Shown one piece after another: positions 11,834 through 20,980 of a stretch of 64,000 bases of DNA (positions within the stretch are counted from its first letter, which is position 1; every line of letters starts with the position of its first letter). Where the stretch lies: assembly GCA_034933205.1 (NCBI GenBank), contig JAYFNY010000052.1:1391-65390 (forward strand). The letters are read 5' to 3'. A model generated the notes under the pieces. That model saw nothing but the letters and a program-made list of their open reading frames with translations. It made no database searches and was not told the origin of the DNA. The translations under genes and the position numbers were made by a program. Source of the DNA: Eubacteriales bacterium (GTDB lineage Bacteria > Bacillota > Clostridia > Christensenellales > CAG-138).

Positions 11834-12913
11834 CTACTCCGCCGGCAATTCCCGTATGGCCAGAATATCGCTGCTGGGACGGCCGTCTTTATACGGGGTA
11901 TTGATCGGCCCGCTCCGGGAAAGCAGAATGCTGGAGCGTCCGCCATCCAGATTGTACGCGCTGACAAACCCGAGCTCTTCGCAAAGCTGGGAAAGCTGCG
12001 CCATAGTAAGCCCTTTGGAAACCTTCGTACGCCCGTCCACCGTTAAAAAGGCATAATGGCCCGGCGCGTAATATCCGAGTACGGACCGTGGGTTGGATGG
12101 CAGCAGGGAGCTGTGAAATTCCGTTTTCGCGTGGCTTTCCTCATCCAGCAGCGACGGACCAAATACCCACGTTTGATAAACGCTCATCCCTGCCAGCATC
12201 TCTTTCGTCAGCACCCGGTATTCATAAATCCGCAGTTCTCCATTTGTCAGCAATACGGCGATATCCCAGTTTCGCGTAATATTTGCGGCATAGGTTACCC
12301 CGTTTCGAATCACCGGACCATATACATGCAGCGAATAAAAATCACCGTTCATGGCAATGATGCCGTCGTTAACCGAGTCGAACATGTCCTGTACCGTAGC
12401 CGTCGATCCTCGAAACTCACCCTGACTGAACGCCGTCACGAAGCAGGAAATGTCCTGTATGTAAATATCCGCAATCGAATAATCGCTGTTCTCCCAGTCT
12501 CCGGACGAAATCGAAACGGAAACATCCTGACTCCGATAATTACCTTTCTGGTCGCTGACAATTCCGGCGTAGCAAAACCGGTCAAACGACTCTTCGTCGC
12601 AAAGTCCGCTGGAAACCCTTTCCCGAAACTTAACCGGATCCGGGATTCCGCCCGCCGCATACAACAGCATCGCACGCGCATCGTTCTGGTCGATCTGCCC
12701 ATTTCCGGTGAAATCGCAATCCGGATTGGAAAACTCGGTGTATTTTCCGGTCGAGCAGCCACGAAGCAAAACCGCCGCGTCGGACGCGCTGAGCGCTCCA
12801 TCCCCGTTTAAATCGCAGAGCGGGCTTTCCTGAGCCGCCACGGCTGGAGCAGCAGCGGAAAGCAGGCAAAGGAACGCAAAAATTGTGAAAAACACCGCAA
12901 CTCTCTTTTTCAT
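11834..12913 (-). CDS. Secreted phosphodiester glycosidase (NAGPA/DUF2233) family protein with N-terminal dockerin-like repeats
   Basis: Signal peptide MKKRVAVFFTIFAFLCLLSAAAPAVAA. Dockerin-like segments DLNGDGALSASDAAVLL and DFTGNGQIDQNDARAMLL. C-terminal NLDGGRSS motif. Confidence 0.7.
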   Translation of the reverse strand: MKKRVAVFFTIFAFLCLLSAAAPAVAAQESPLCDLNGDGALSASDAAVLLRGCSTGKYTEFSNPDCDFTGNGQIDQNDARAMLLYAAGGIPDPVKFRERVSSGLCDEESFDRFCYAGIVSDQKGNYRSQDVSVSISSGDWENSDYSIADIYIQDISCFVTAFSQGEFRGSTATVQDMFDSVNDGIIAMNGDFYSLHVYGPVIRNGVTYAANITRNWDIAVLLTNGELRIYEYRVLTKEMLAGMSVYQTWVFGPSLLDEESHAKTEFHSSLLPSNPRSVLGYYAPGHYAFLTVDGRTKVSKGLTMAQLSQLCEELGFVSAYNLDGGRSSILLSRSGPINTPYKDGRPSSDILAIRELPAE

Positions 12914-12934
12914 ATGCGTTCTACCGTCACTGCG

Positions 12935-14026
12935 TTACGACGTTCCGCTCTTGTTCTCGGCAGGTTCGCACAGATATACGATATCGCTGATCGTGCGCCC
13001 TCCGTCCGGATTCGTATTCAGTATCTTCGCCTGCGTCGCCAGAACGGACGAGTTTCCGCCGGAAAGCGAATACGCCTGCCGGCACCCCAGCATGTTCATG
13101 AGCTCCGCCAGCTGCTTCAACGTCGCCCCATTGGATACAGGATTCTGACTGCCGTCTACAACAACGAAGCAGTAATGTCCCGGTTCATAGTAACCAATGG
13201 CGGTCCTTGCGCTGTGGGAAGCAATCAGACGCTCGCCGCTGAAGCTGGAAAGCGGCTCGCCGTCGTCGCTCAGCAACCGGGGTCCGCCCGCCCACGTCTG
13301 ATATATATCGCTTTGTTCGAGCGTCTCGACGGATACGGTTCCCGCCGCGAAAGTCTTCAGTTCTCCGTTTCGATACAATACGCAAAGATCCATGCCGCGA
13401 TCCATCGTATCCCGGTACCATACGCCGTTTCGTACCATCGGGCCAAGTTTCTGGCTGGAATACCCGTCCCCGTTTACAGCAAGAATCGCACTGTTCGAAA
13501 TCGCGATTTGCTGCGTATAATCCTTCTCGCCCAGGTACTCTCCGCCAGAAAAAGCAGTGCGGAAACAGTCGATATGCTGCACATAGATATCCGCAAAGTA
13601 ATAAACATAACCTTCGCGCGTGTCGCTCTGTACGCGGACACTCACATCGCGGCTGACATACCCGTCGTTACGAAGCAGCGTTCCCCGATACGAAAACTGG
13701 TCCATATGCGCTTCGCCCAGCAAACTGTCCGGCGTTAGGATCGACAGCTGGGAAAACGCGTCGATCCTTCCCGTGGCACAAAGCAGAATCGCAACCGCAT
13801 CCGGCGAACTGACCTCCATATTCCCTGTTGCGTCCGCAATTGCGCTTGCCGTCGCATCAAGAGTTACATATCCGCCCGTCGCCCGCAATACGCGCGCCGC
13901 ATCCGCCGCCGCAATCGCACCGTCCCCGTCCAGATCGCCCGTGCTGCGCGCCTCTGCGCCGGCAATGTGAAACGTCATTGCCATCAATGCGCAAAAAAGG
14001 AGGATCAACTGGGTTTTTCGTCTCAT
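12935..14026 (-). CDS. Secreted phosphodiester glycosidase family protein, paralog of 11834..12913
   Basis: Start trimmed to MRRKTQLILLFCALMA (signal peptide). DLDGDGAIAAADAARVL dockerin-like segment. Collinear with the neighbour: FADIYVQHIDCFRTAFSGGEY versus IADIYIQDISCFVTAFSQGEF, and SLSGGNSS versus NLDGGRSS. Confidence 0.7.
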   Translation of the reverse strand: MRRKTQLILLFCALMAMTFHIAGAEARSTGDLDGDGAIAAADAARVLRATGGYVTLDATASAIADATGNMEVSSPDAVAILLCATGRIDAFSQLSILTPDSLLGEAHMDQFSYRGTLLRNDGYVSRDVSVRVQSDTREGYVYYFADIYVQHIDCFRTAFSGGEYLGEKDYTQQIAISNSAILAVNGDGYSSQKLGPMVRNGVWYRDTMDRGMDLCVLYRNGELKTFAAGTVSVETLEQSDIYQTWAGGPRLLSDDGEPLSSFSGERLIASHSARTAIGYYEPGHYCFVVVDGSQNPVSNGATLKQLAELMNMLGCRQAYSLSGGNSSVLATQAKILNTNPDGGRTISDIVYLCEPAENKSGTS

Positions 14027-14272
14027 CGGCGCTTCTATCCTTTCGGGCAAACGGATCGGCCAGGCTTTTTCGCCCGGATCAGCAGCGTTCCTCCCTGCTT
14101 CCCCATACGGGAAAGCGAAGGCAACACTGTTATTCATCATAACACGTTTCAAAAGAATGTGGTAGAATGTTCCTGCGGAGCGGTTTTCCCAAGGCCCCGT
14201 CCGGTTCCCGGACGGCCGGCGACGCTTCGCGACCAACTATTTTCTTGTAACGACCTGAAAGGATGATTCCGT

Positions 14273-15436
14273 ATGAAGATCGGGCAGTTCAGCGACTCCT
14301 TCCTGCCGGTCGTGGACGGCGTGGGCAGAGTCGTGTATCAATACGCGGCAGCGCTGACACGACGGGGAGAGGAATGCTATGTGATCGCCCCAATGGCGGA
14401 CACGGGATACCGCGGAGGATACCCCTTTGAACTTGTAGACTTTATCAGCATGGAATTACCGCGCCAGCGCCAGTACAGCACGGGAATTCCTTCCCTCGAT
14501 ACGCACTACGACGCGCGTATGCGCAATATCCAGCTGGATATTATCCACGCCCATTCGCCTTTCATTGCGGGACTGGAAGCCCAGCGGCTTGCCCGCCGGC
14601 GGGGAATTCCCATCATCGGTATGTTCCATTCGCGCTACTACGATGACTTTTATCAGCTGACCCGCGCAGAAATGCTTGCAAACCTCGCCGTCGCCACCAT
14701 CGTGAATTTCTATCAGCGCTGCGACGAAGTATGGACCGTAAGTCAAAGTTCCGCCGAAACTCTTCGCGATTACGGCTATATCGGAGATATCATCGTAATG
14801 CCAAACGGTACGCCGGACGCGGAGCCCGACGCCGCGCACGCTGCGTTGGCAAAAGCGCATTATCAGCTTCCCGATACGCCGATTTTATTCTATTGCGGGC
14901 AAATGAACTGGAAGAAAAATATTCTGCGCGTTCTCGAAAGTTGCGCCTGCTATCAAAAGGGCGGCAAGCCCTTTACTTTGGTCCTCGCCGGGCAGGGACC
15001 GGACGCAAAGGCGATCCGCAGCAAGGTTGACGAACTCGGATTAAGCAAATGCACCGTTTTTACCGGACACGTAACGGATGAAACCCTGCTCTATGGACTC
15101 TATGAAACGGCGGACCTTTTTGTGTTCCCCTCTCTTTACGATACCTCGGGCATGGTTGTACGTGAAGCGGCCGCAATGGCGACACCGAGCGTCGTCGTTC
15201 GCGGTTGCGCAACCGCCGAACCGATCATAGACCGCGAAAACGGTTTTCTCTGCGAAGATACGACCGAAAGCCTGTGCAAAATCATCGATATGGCGCTTTC
15301 CGACCGGGAAATGACAAAACGCATCGGCCAAGCCGCTCGGCGGACAATATATCTCTCCTGGGACGATATCGCGGCAAGCACGATAGCACGTTACGAAGCA
15401 CTGATCGAGCACTATAAAAGCACGGCCCGCGTCTAG
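14273..15436 (+). CDS. Glycosyltransferase family 4 (GT-B, retaining)
   Basis: 387 aa. N-terminus MKIGQFSDSFLPVVDGVGRVV and the C-terminal GT4 signature FVFPSLYDTSGMVVREAAAMATPSVV. Confidence 0.85.
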   Translation: MKIGQFSDSFLPVVDGVGRVVYQYAAALTRRGEECYVIAPMADTGYRGGYPFELVDFISMELPRQRQYSTGIPSLDTHYDARMRNIQLDIIHAHSPFIAGLEAQRLARRRGIPIIGMFHSRYYDDFYQLTRAEMLANLAVATIVNFYQRCDEVWTVSQSSAETLRDYGYIGDIIVMPNGTPDAEPDAAHAALAKAHYQLPDTPILFYCGQMNWKKNILRVLESCACYQKGGKPFTLVLAGQGPDAKAIRSKVDELGLSKCTVFTGHVTDETLLYGLYETADLFVFPSLYDTSGMVVREAAAMATPSVVVRGCATAEPIIDRENGFLCEDTTESLCKIIDMALSDREMTKRIGQAARRTIYLSWDDIAASTIARYEALIEHYKSTARV

Positions 15437-15454
15437 CGATTCAATAGAACATGA

Positions 15455-15485
15455 GAGCCGCTTCGGCGTCATCCCGGAGCGGCTC
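15455..15485. terminator. Hairpin between the convergent GT4 and Smr genes
   Basis: gagccgct (15455-15462) pairs with agcggctc (15478-15485). T-rich after the stem on the plus strand. Confidence 0.4.
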
Positions 15486-15492
15486 TTATTCT

Positions 15493-15750
15493 TTACCATT
15501 CTCGCAAAATTAAATCCGTCACGCTTTCGGAAACGGCTTTTGCGGAAAGGACCTGCGGATGGGAGGCATACTCGCGCCAGACCAGATCGCGCAGCGCCGT
15601 GCCGCTATGGCATCCGTGAATAATACGGATCCGATAGACGCCTTTGCTGCGCCGTAACGCGGCATCCAGCGCGATGCGTGCCTGAAATTGGTTTTTACCA
15701 TGCAGGTCAAGCGTTATTTGGGTTTCACGATCCAACGAGACCGTTCTCAT
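15493..15750 (-). CDS. Smr-domain protein
   Basis: 85 aa with the LDLHG motif and the IIHGCHSG motif of small MutS-related domains. Confidence 0.7.
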   Translation of the reverse strand: MRTVSLDRETQITLDLHGKNQFQARIALDAALRRSKGVYRIRIIHGCHSGTALRDLVWREYASHPQVLSAKAVSESVTDLILREW

Positions 15751-15756
15751 GTTTCC

Positions 15757-17055
15757 TTACGCCTTCTCCAAATAGGTGTCCGCCCAGGAAAAATTCTTCC
15801 ATTCTCCGCCATGCAGGCGATGCAGTTCCTCCGTGGCAAGCAGCCATTTGGCAACACACTCCGTTTCCGGAAAAAACTCATAAAACTCCCCCTCAAAGAA
15901 GGTATAAATACGCGAAACGTCCGTACACATTCCGTACGTAGGCAAGAGTCCCGGCTCGATATGGAACGTAAAAGGTTCGCCGTTTCTTGTTCCGGCATAG
16001 GTTAACCCGCTGTGATCCAGCCGGATTTCCCCCTCGCCAACGACGAGACTCGTCGCAAGATTTTTCAGTGTTTCAAATTTCGGCAGCATGCCGAGACGTA
16101 CCCGTTCGGTCAGGAAAAACGTACGGTCCAAAATCTCGTGGTACACGTGCCTTCGCTCTTCGTCGAACCACTTCTTCGGCGTTTCCGGCAAAACACAGGT
16201 TTCATCCAGCGGCGCAAAGCTATAATCCGGATTGACCCGCGCACCATTGCCGCAATGCGAACAGGCAATCCGGTCTTCGGCGCTTTGCATCGTGAATTCT
16301 TTGCCGCAGCGGGGACACCGGTAAAGAAGCGTATGCAGCTGGTGGGCAATCCTGCCCCGCCCGTCGTAAGAAACCTTCGCCTGCCGGTTCCATTCATAAT
16401 CGTCATTCTGAATCGCGCAGTCAAGCGCGAGTTGTATCTCTTCCGCGCTCATGCCGGAAAGTTCCTCAGGCGAAAAGAGCTTGTCGATCACAACGTGAAC
16501 CTCCCCCGGCCGCTCGTCGAGGCAATATTTCGTACTCGTTAAATATCCGCCGGAGATCCTGGAAACATAGACCGGAACGCCGAAATGCTTCAGCAATTTT
16601 CCGCTGCCAATGGCGCACGGCTGATTGCCGCCGCCAATGGAACTCATGCCTTCCGGAAACAGGATTACTCTGCCGCCGGAGCGCAGTACACGGGCAATCT
16701 CCTTGATTGTGTAGATATCGGGCGTAAAGTTTTTCTTCGGAATGATCTGCAGAAGCCGGAAAATGAACGCAAGATGCGACCGGAAAAACTCGTTGTAACC
16801 GGCAACGAAGTTCAGCGTTTCCGGCAATAGGACCACGCCGGTATAGATATAGTCCAAGCGGGACGCATGGTTGCTTACGATGATATACGGACCTTTGCAG
16901 TCCCGCGGGTCGTCTTTGATCTCGGCATGCACGCCAAGCTTTCGAAAGTATAGCATCCGCCATAAATATCCAAGCGCGCAGTAGACCAGCTTCGGCGGCT
17001 GTTTGATTCTTCTTGCGTGGAGTTTTTGCGCCAGCGATTTCTTCTGTTTTGTCAT
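15757..17055 (-). CDS. PlsC-family lysophospholipid acyltransferase with an extra C-terminal zinc-ribbon-containing domain
   Basis: HX4D motif SNHASRLDY and FPEGMSS motif in the N-terminal half. CPRCG...CSHCG zinc ribbon in the C-terminal half. Confidence 0.75.
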   Translation of the reverse strand: MTKQKKSLAQKLHARRIKQPPKLVYCALGYLWRMLYFRKLGVHAEIKDDPRDCKGPYIIVSNHASRLDYIYTGVVLLPETLNFVAGYNEFFRSHLAFIFRLLQIIPKKNFTPDIYTIKEIARVLRSGGRVILFPEGMSSIGGGNQPCAIGSGKLLKHFGVPVYVSRISGGYLTSTKYCLDERPGEVHVVIDKLFSPEELSGMSAEEIQLALDCAIQNDDYEWNRQAKVSYDGRGRIAHQLHTLLYRCPRCGKEFTMQSAEDRIACSHCGNGARVNPDYSFAPLDETCVLPETPKKWFDEERRHVYHEILDRTFFLTERVRLGMLPKFETLKNLATSLVVGEGEIRLDHSGLTYAGTRNGEPFTFHIEPGLLPTYGMCTDVSRIYTFFEGEFYEFFPETECVAKWLLATEELHRLHGGEWKNFSWADTYLEKA

Positions 17056-17253
17056 GGCACCGTTTCCCCCTGATCCGTCAAATTACTGTAAAGTATTCTA
17101 GCAAGCATGCTGCGTCCCGACAACCCGGCGCAAGGTATAATTTCGGCGGAGCGCCGTTACGCCCCGCCGTTTTCCATCCAAATCAAAGATTTTGCGCCTA
17201 ATGGCGCGTACCGGTTCGTCCTGGTATTTCGCGTACCGACCGCACCGGCTTAT

Positions 17254-17901
17254 TCAGCCGGAGATTCGCTCCAGGCTCTTGTCGTCGCCCAGAAGATAGA
17301 TCGAGTCGTTCTTCAGAAACGGGTCGCTCGGGTCAATGTTCACCGAAACGTGACCCTCGCGCCGAATCGCAATGACCGATACGCCGTAACGATTGCGCAC
17401 GTCGATCTGCGCGAGCGAGCGTCCGACCCAATCGCGGGGGATTTCAACCTCGTTGATGCTGTATTCCTCCGAGAGGTCCAGCGAGTCCAGAACGCCCTCG
17501 GCCACCAGTGAACGCGCCAATCGGATGCCTCCGTCGTGTTCCGGCTGAACAACGCGGTCCGCGCCGGTTTTAATCAGCAGCTTCTGGTGCAGATCGTCCT
17601 GTGCCTTGGCGACGATTTTTTTCGCGCCCATCTCGCGGCAAAGCACCGTCGCAAGGACCGACGCGCGAATATCGTCCCCGATGCAGATCACAACGCAATC
17701 AAAATTGCGGATGCCCAGCTGCGCGACCGCGCGTTCATCCGTCGTATCCGCCTGCACCGCATGCATGACGCTTTCCTTAATTGCGCTGACGCGATCCGCA
17801 CGCTTATCAACAGCAAGCACTTCGTGACCCAACATCGTAAGCATACGCGCGGTGCTCTGTCCGAAGCGACCCAAACCGATGATGAGAAAACTCTTATTCA
17901 T
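17254..17901 (-). CDS. trkA: Trk/Ktr potassium uptake system, NAD-binding RCK subunit
   Basis: 215 aa. Rossmann motif IIGLGRFGQSTA and a C-terminal RCK_C-like domain. Adjacent to trkH. Confidence 0.88.
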   Translation of the reverse strand: MNKSFLIIGLGRFGQSTARMLTMLGHEVLAVDKRADRVSAIKESVMHAVQADTTDERAVAQLGIRNFDCVVICIGDDIRASVLATVLCREMGAKKIVAKAQDDLHQKLLIKTGADRVVQPEHDGGIRLARSLVAEGVLDSLDLSEEYSINEVEIPRDWVGRSLAQIDVRNRYGVSVIAIRREGHVSVNIDPSDPFLKNDSIYLLGDDKSLERISG

Positions 17902-17974
17902 GATACCCTCTCCTTTAAATCCTGTCCCCGAGCCAATCGAACCCGGTCCATCCAGGTGCGCTCATTGCAACGCC

Positions 17975-19330
17975 TTAACCGATCAGAACATCTTCCTGCG
18001 GATAGTGCAGCACCGTTTCCTTCGTCGTTCCTTCAATCAGCGACACCGTCACGGTTAATAATCCAACACGTCCGGCATACATCAGCAGAATTAGAATTAC
18101 GCGGGTTACGTTGGAAGTCGCCGCTGTGACGCCGGTTGAAACGCCAACCGTACAGAACGCGCTGGTCGATTCATAAAGCTGGTTCAGCAGGCCAAAACTC
18201 CCCGCGGGCATATCCTGCTCCGAAAAGGAAAGCATCATCGCCATTGCAAAGAGGAACAGGCCTCCCAGCAACGTAATGGTCAGCGCGCGGCGAACCTGCT
18301 CGAGCGGAATCGTACGGCCGAAAATCACCGTGTCGAATTGTCCGCGAATATAGGCGCGCGCCGCCAGTAGCAATGTAAACACGGTCGTGATCTTCAGACC
18401 GCCGGCCGTGCCCGCGGGGCCGCCGCCCACAAGCATGAGGAGAATGCCGACTCCTTTGCTCGCATCGTGCAGCGAAAGCTGGTCGATCGTGTTAAATCCC
18501 GCCGTACGAAGCGTAACCGACTGAAACAAGGCGTTCATGATCTTGTAACCGAGCGGCATCGTTCCAATCGTCTTTGGGTTATCGTACTCGATCCAGAGAA
18601 AACTCAGCATGCCAAGCAGAATCAAAGCGACGGTTCCCGTTAGAACAAGTTTGCTGTGCAGACGCAATCGATTGAAATGATGCGTGTGCCGCATGTTGAT
18701 GATCACACTAAACCCCAGTCCGCCCGCTACAATCAGAAACATCAGCACGAACATGACGTAGGGATCCCTGCTGTATTCCGTAAATGACCGGTATCCGCCA
18801 ATCAGATCGAACCCCGCGTTACAGAACGCGGAAATGCTGTGGAAGATCGAAAACCAAACACCCTTCAGCAATCCGTATTGAGGAATGAAGCGGAACGAAA
18901 GCATCACCGCTCCAAACAGCTCCATCGTACCAGTCACAAGCAAGGCACCGCGCGCTAGGCGAACGACCCCCTGCAGGCAGTTTTCTCCAAGATTCTCAGC
19001 CATGCTCATCCGGTCATGAAGCGAAATCTTGCGTCCGGTCAGCGAAAACAGAATCATTGCCATTGTCATTATTCCTAAACCGCCCAACTGAATGAGCAGC
19101 AGGATCACGATCTGACCAAACAGCGAAAAATAGGTCCCCGTATCCACGACGACAAGTCCGGTCACGCACGAAGCGCTCGTAGCCGTGAACAACGCGTTGA
19201 TAAACGGAAGAGACGCGCCGTCCCTGCTCGCAATCGGCAGCATGAGAAGCAACGCGCCCGTTAGAATGATCAATACAAACCCCAGCGGCAATACGCTGAT
19301 CGGTTTGATACCCTGATGCGCCTTACGCAT
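17975..19330 (-). CDS. trkH: TrkH/KtrB-family potassium transporter membrane subunit
   Basis: 451 aa, polytopic. Repeated selectivity-filter-like segments: TATSASCVTGL, AFCNAGFDL, LRTAGFNT, AFCTVGVSTG. Confidence 0.88.
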   Translation of the reverse strand: MRKAHQGIKPISVLPLGFVLIILTGALLLMLPIASRDGASLPFINALFTATSASCVTGLVVVDTGTYFSLFGQIVILLLIQLGGLGIMTMAMILFSLTGRKISLHDRMSMAENLGENCLQGVVRLARGALLVTGTMELFGAVMLSFRFIPQYGLLKGVWFSIFHSISAFCNAGFDLIGGYRSFTEYSRDPYVMFVLMFLIVAGGLGFSVIINMRHTHHFNRLRLHSKLVLTGTVALILLGMLSFLWIEYDNPKTIGTMPLGYKIMNALFQSVTLRTAGFNTIDQLSLHDASKGVGILLMLVGGGPAGTAGGLKITTVFTLLLAARAYIRGQFDTVIFGRTIPLEQVRRALTITLLGGLFLFAMAMMLSFSEQDMPAGSFGLLNQLYESTSAFCTVGVSTGVTAATSNVTRVILILLMYAGRVGLLTVTVSLIEGTTKETVLHYPQEDVLIG

Positions 19331-19446
19331 AAGCTTGGATCTTACCCCTCCCGCGCGAACTTCTCGCGCAAGCCCAGAAAATTACTATCCGTTCCCCTTC
19401 CCTTTGGAAACACGGTATGCCGGAACCACATTTGCGAATCAAATGC

Positions 19447-20874
19447 CTATAGTATAGCGGATTCGTCTCCGTTTTGCAAAAGGATCTCTTCGCGGTCCTC
19501 GTTTACCATAGGCTGCGTAATCGGCTTAACCCAGCGCATGGATCGAAAATGCGGGATCGTGATAATCAGCTTTGAAACATCGTCCACCGCAAGCATGATG
19601 ATATAGGTAGCGATAAACGAAAGCTTCAGAACAAGACCCGCTATTACGACAGCCGGCAATATGAACGCATATTGGGAAACGACATCGGTAATCAGACCGA
19701 ACCGCGTATCCCCGCCGGCCCGGAAAATTCCGACCACCTCAACATACGGAATATAGCGAACGCACGCGTCGATAGCAAAGATCAGCAGAAGCGTTCTCGC
19801 GGTCTGCGACGCCGTATCCGATAAATCGAACAGCCCGATGAGCGGATAGCGAAGCGCCACAATGAGCAGACCCGTCACCACCCCGAGCAGGGGCGTAAAC
19901 GCAAGAAACCTCCTCGCATAATCCTTACCCTGCTCCAGATCGCCCGCTCCGATGGATTTTCCCACAAGGATATTGCAGGCGTTGCAGATACCAACGAAGA
20001 ATACGAACACCAGTCCCTCGATCGTACGCTCAACGGTCAGCGCGGCGTAGTTGTCCGTTCCCATCCGACCGAGAACCATATTGATCGCAACGACGGACAA
20101 ACTCCAGAAAAACTCATTGAGCAGCACCGAAAGCGCCCGCCCCCAGAACTCTTTGAAAAAGCCCCGGATCGCAAAAATCTTCTTTAGTGGCGCAATCAGG
20201 ATGTTACGCTTGACGGCCGAAATCACAAACATAAGAACGGGATTCGCCAGCGAGGAAATCGCCGTTGCCAGCCCGGCTCCGGCAACGCCCATCGCCGGCA
20301 AACCGAACACGCCGAAGATGAACGCATAGTTGAGCACGGCGTTCAGCGCCGCGGAAAACCCGCTCGTCCACATGGGGATCTTTACCTGCTCGGTGCAGCG
20401 AAGCAGGGTGGAAAACGCAAGGTTCACCGTCAGGGAAACGTAGGAGATACAGGCATATTGTAGGTAGCGCACGCCTTCGGCAATCAGCGCCGGATCCTCC
20501 GTAAACAGTTTCATGACAAACTCGGGGAAGCAGGCAACACAAACCGTAAACAGCAGCCCCGTCGGCACCAGAAACAAAAGCATCATGCCGTATGTTTTCA
20601 GAATGCCATCCCGGTTGTTCGCGCCGTGATACTGCGCAATGAATACCGCCGCGCCGGAAGACATACCAAACGCAAGCAGTTCCACAAGGAACGAAGCCCA
20701 CCCGGCAAGGCCGACTGCGGCAATGGAAACATCGCCCAGCCGCCCAACCATGAGCGTATCGACCAGGCGGAAAGACGTCATCAATAGATTCTGGAGCGCA
20801 ATCGGCACCGCAAGCGGAAGTACCGCCGTCCAGAACGTGCGGTCAAACAGATGTGCCAGTTGTTTTTTCAGCAT
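19447..20874 (-). CDS. MATE-family efflux transporter
   Basis: 475 aa with 12 predicted TM helices and a typical MATE N-terminus (AVLPLAVPIALQNLLMTSFRLVDTLMVGRLG). Confidence 0.85.
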   Translation of the reverse strand: MLKKQLAHLFDRTFWTAVLPLAVPIALQNLLMTSFRLVDTLMVGRLGDVSIAAVGLAGWASFLVELLAFGMSSGAAVFIAQYHGANNRDGILKTYGMMLLFLVPTGLLFTVCVACFPEFVMKLFTEDPALIAEGVRYLQYACISYVSLTVNLAFSTLLRCTEQVKIPMWTSGFSAALNAVLNYAFIFGVFGLPAMGVAGAGLATAISSLANPVLMFVISAVKRNILIAPLKKIFAIRGFFKEFWGRALSVLLNEFFWSLSVVAINMVLGRMGTDNYAALTVERTIEGLVFVFFVGICNACNILVGKSIGAGDLEQGKDYARRFLAFTPLLGVVTGLLIVALRYPLIGLFDLSDTASQTARTLLLIFAIDACVRYIPYVEVVGIFRAGGDTRFGLITDVVSQYAFILPAVVIAGLVLKLSFIATYIIMLAVDDVSKLIITIPHFRSMRWVKPITQPMVNEDREEILLQNGDESAIL

Positions 20875-20980
20875 GACGCTTCCCTCCTTTCAAAAAACTG
20901 CCCGCCGGACGAATCCGCGGGCATAATCGCAGGCAATCGTAATGCAGTTTGTATAGTATAGCAGGATCCTGCAAGGAAAA

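Noticed and set aside
19331-19446. Possible c-di-AMP (ydaO-type) riboswitch upstream of trkH
   Set aside because: Only 116 nt are available, and I could not recognise the pseudo-twofold conserved ydaO core. The region is G-rich but has no convincing match.
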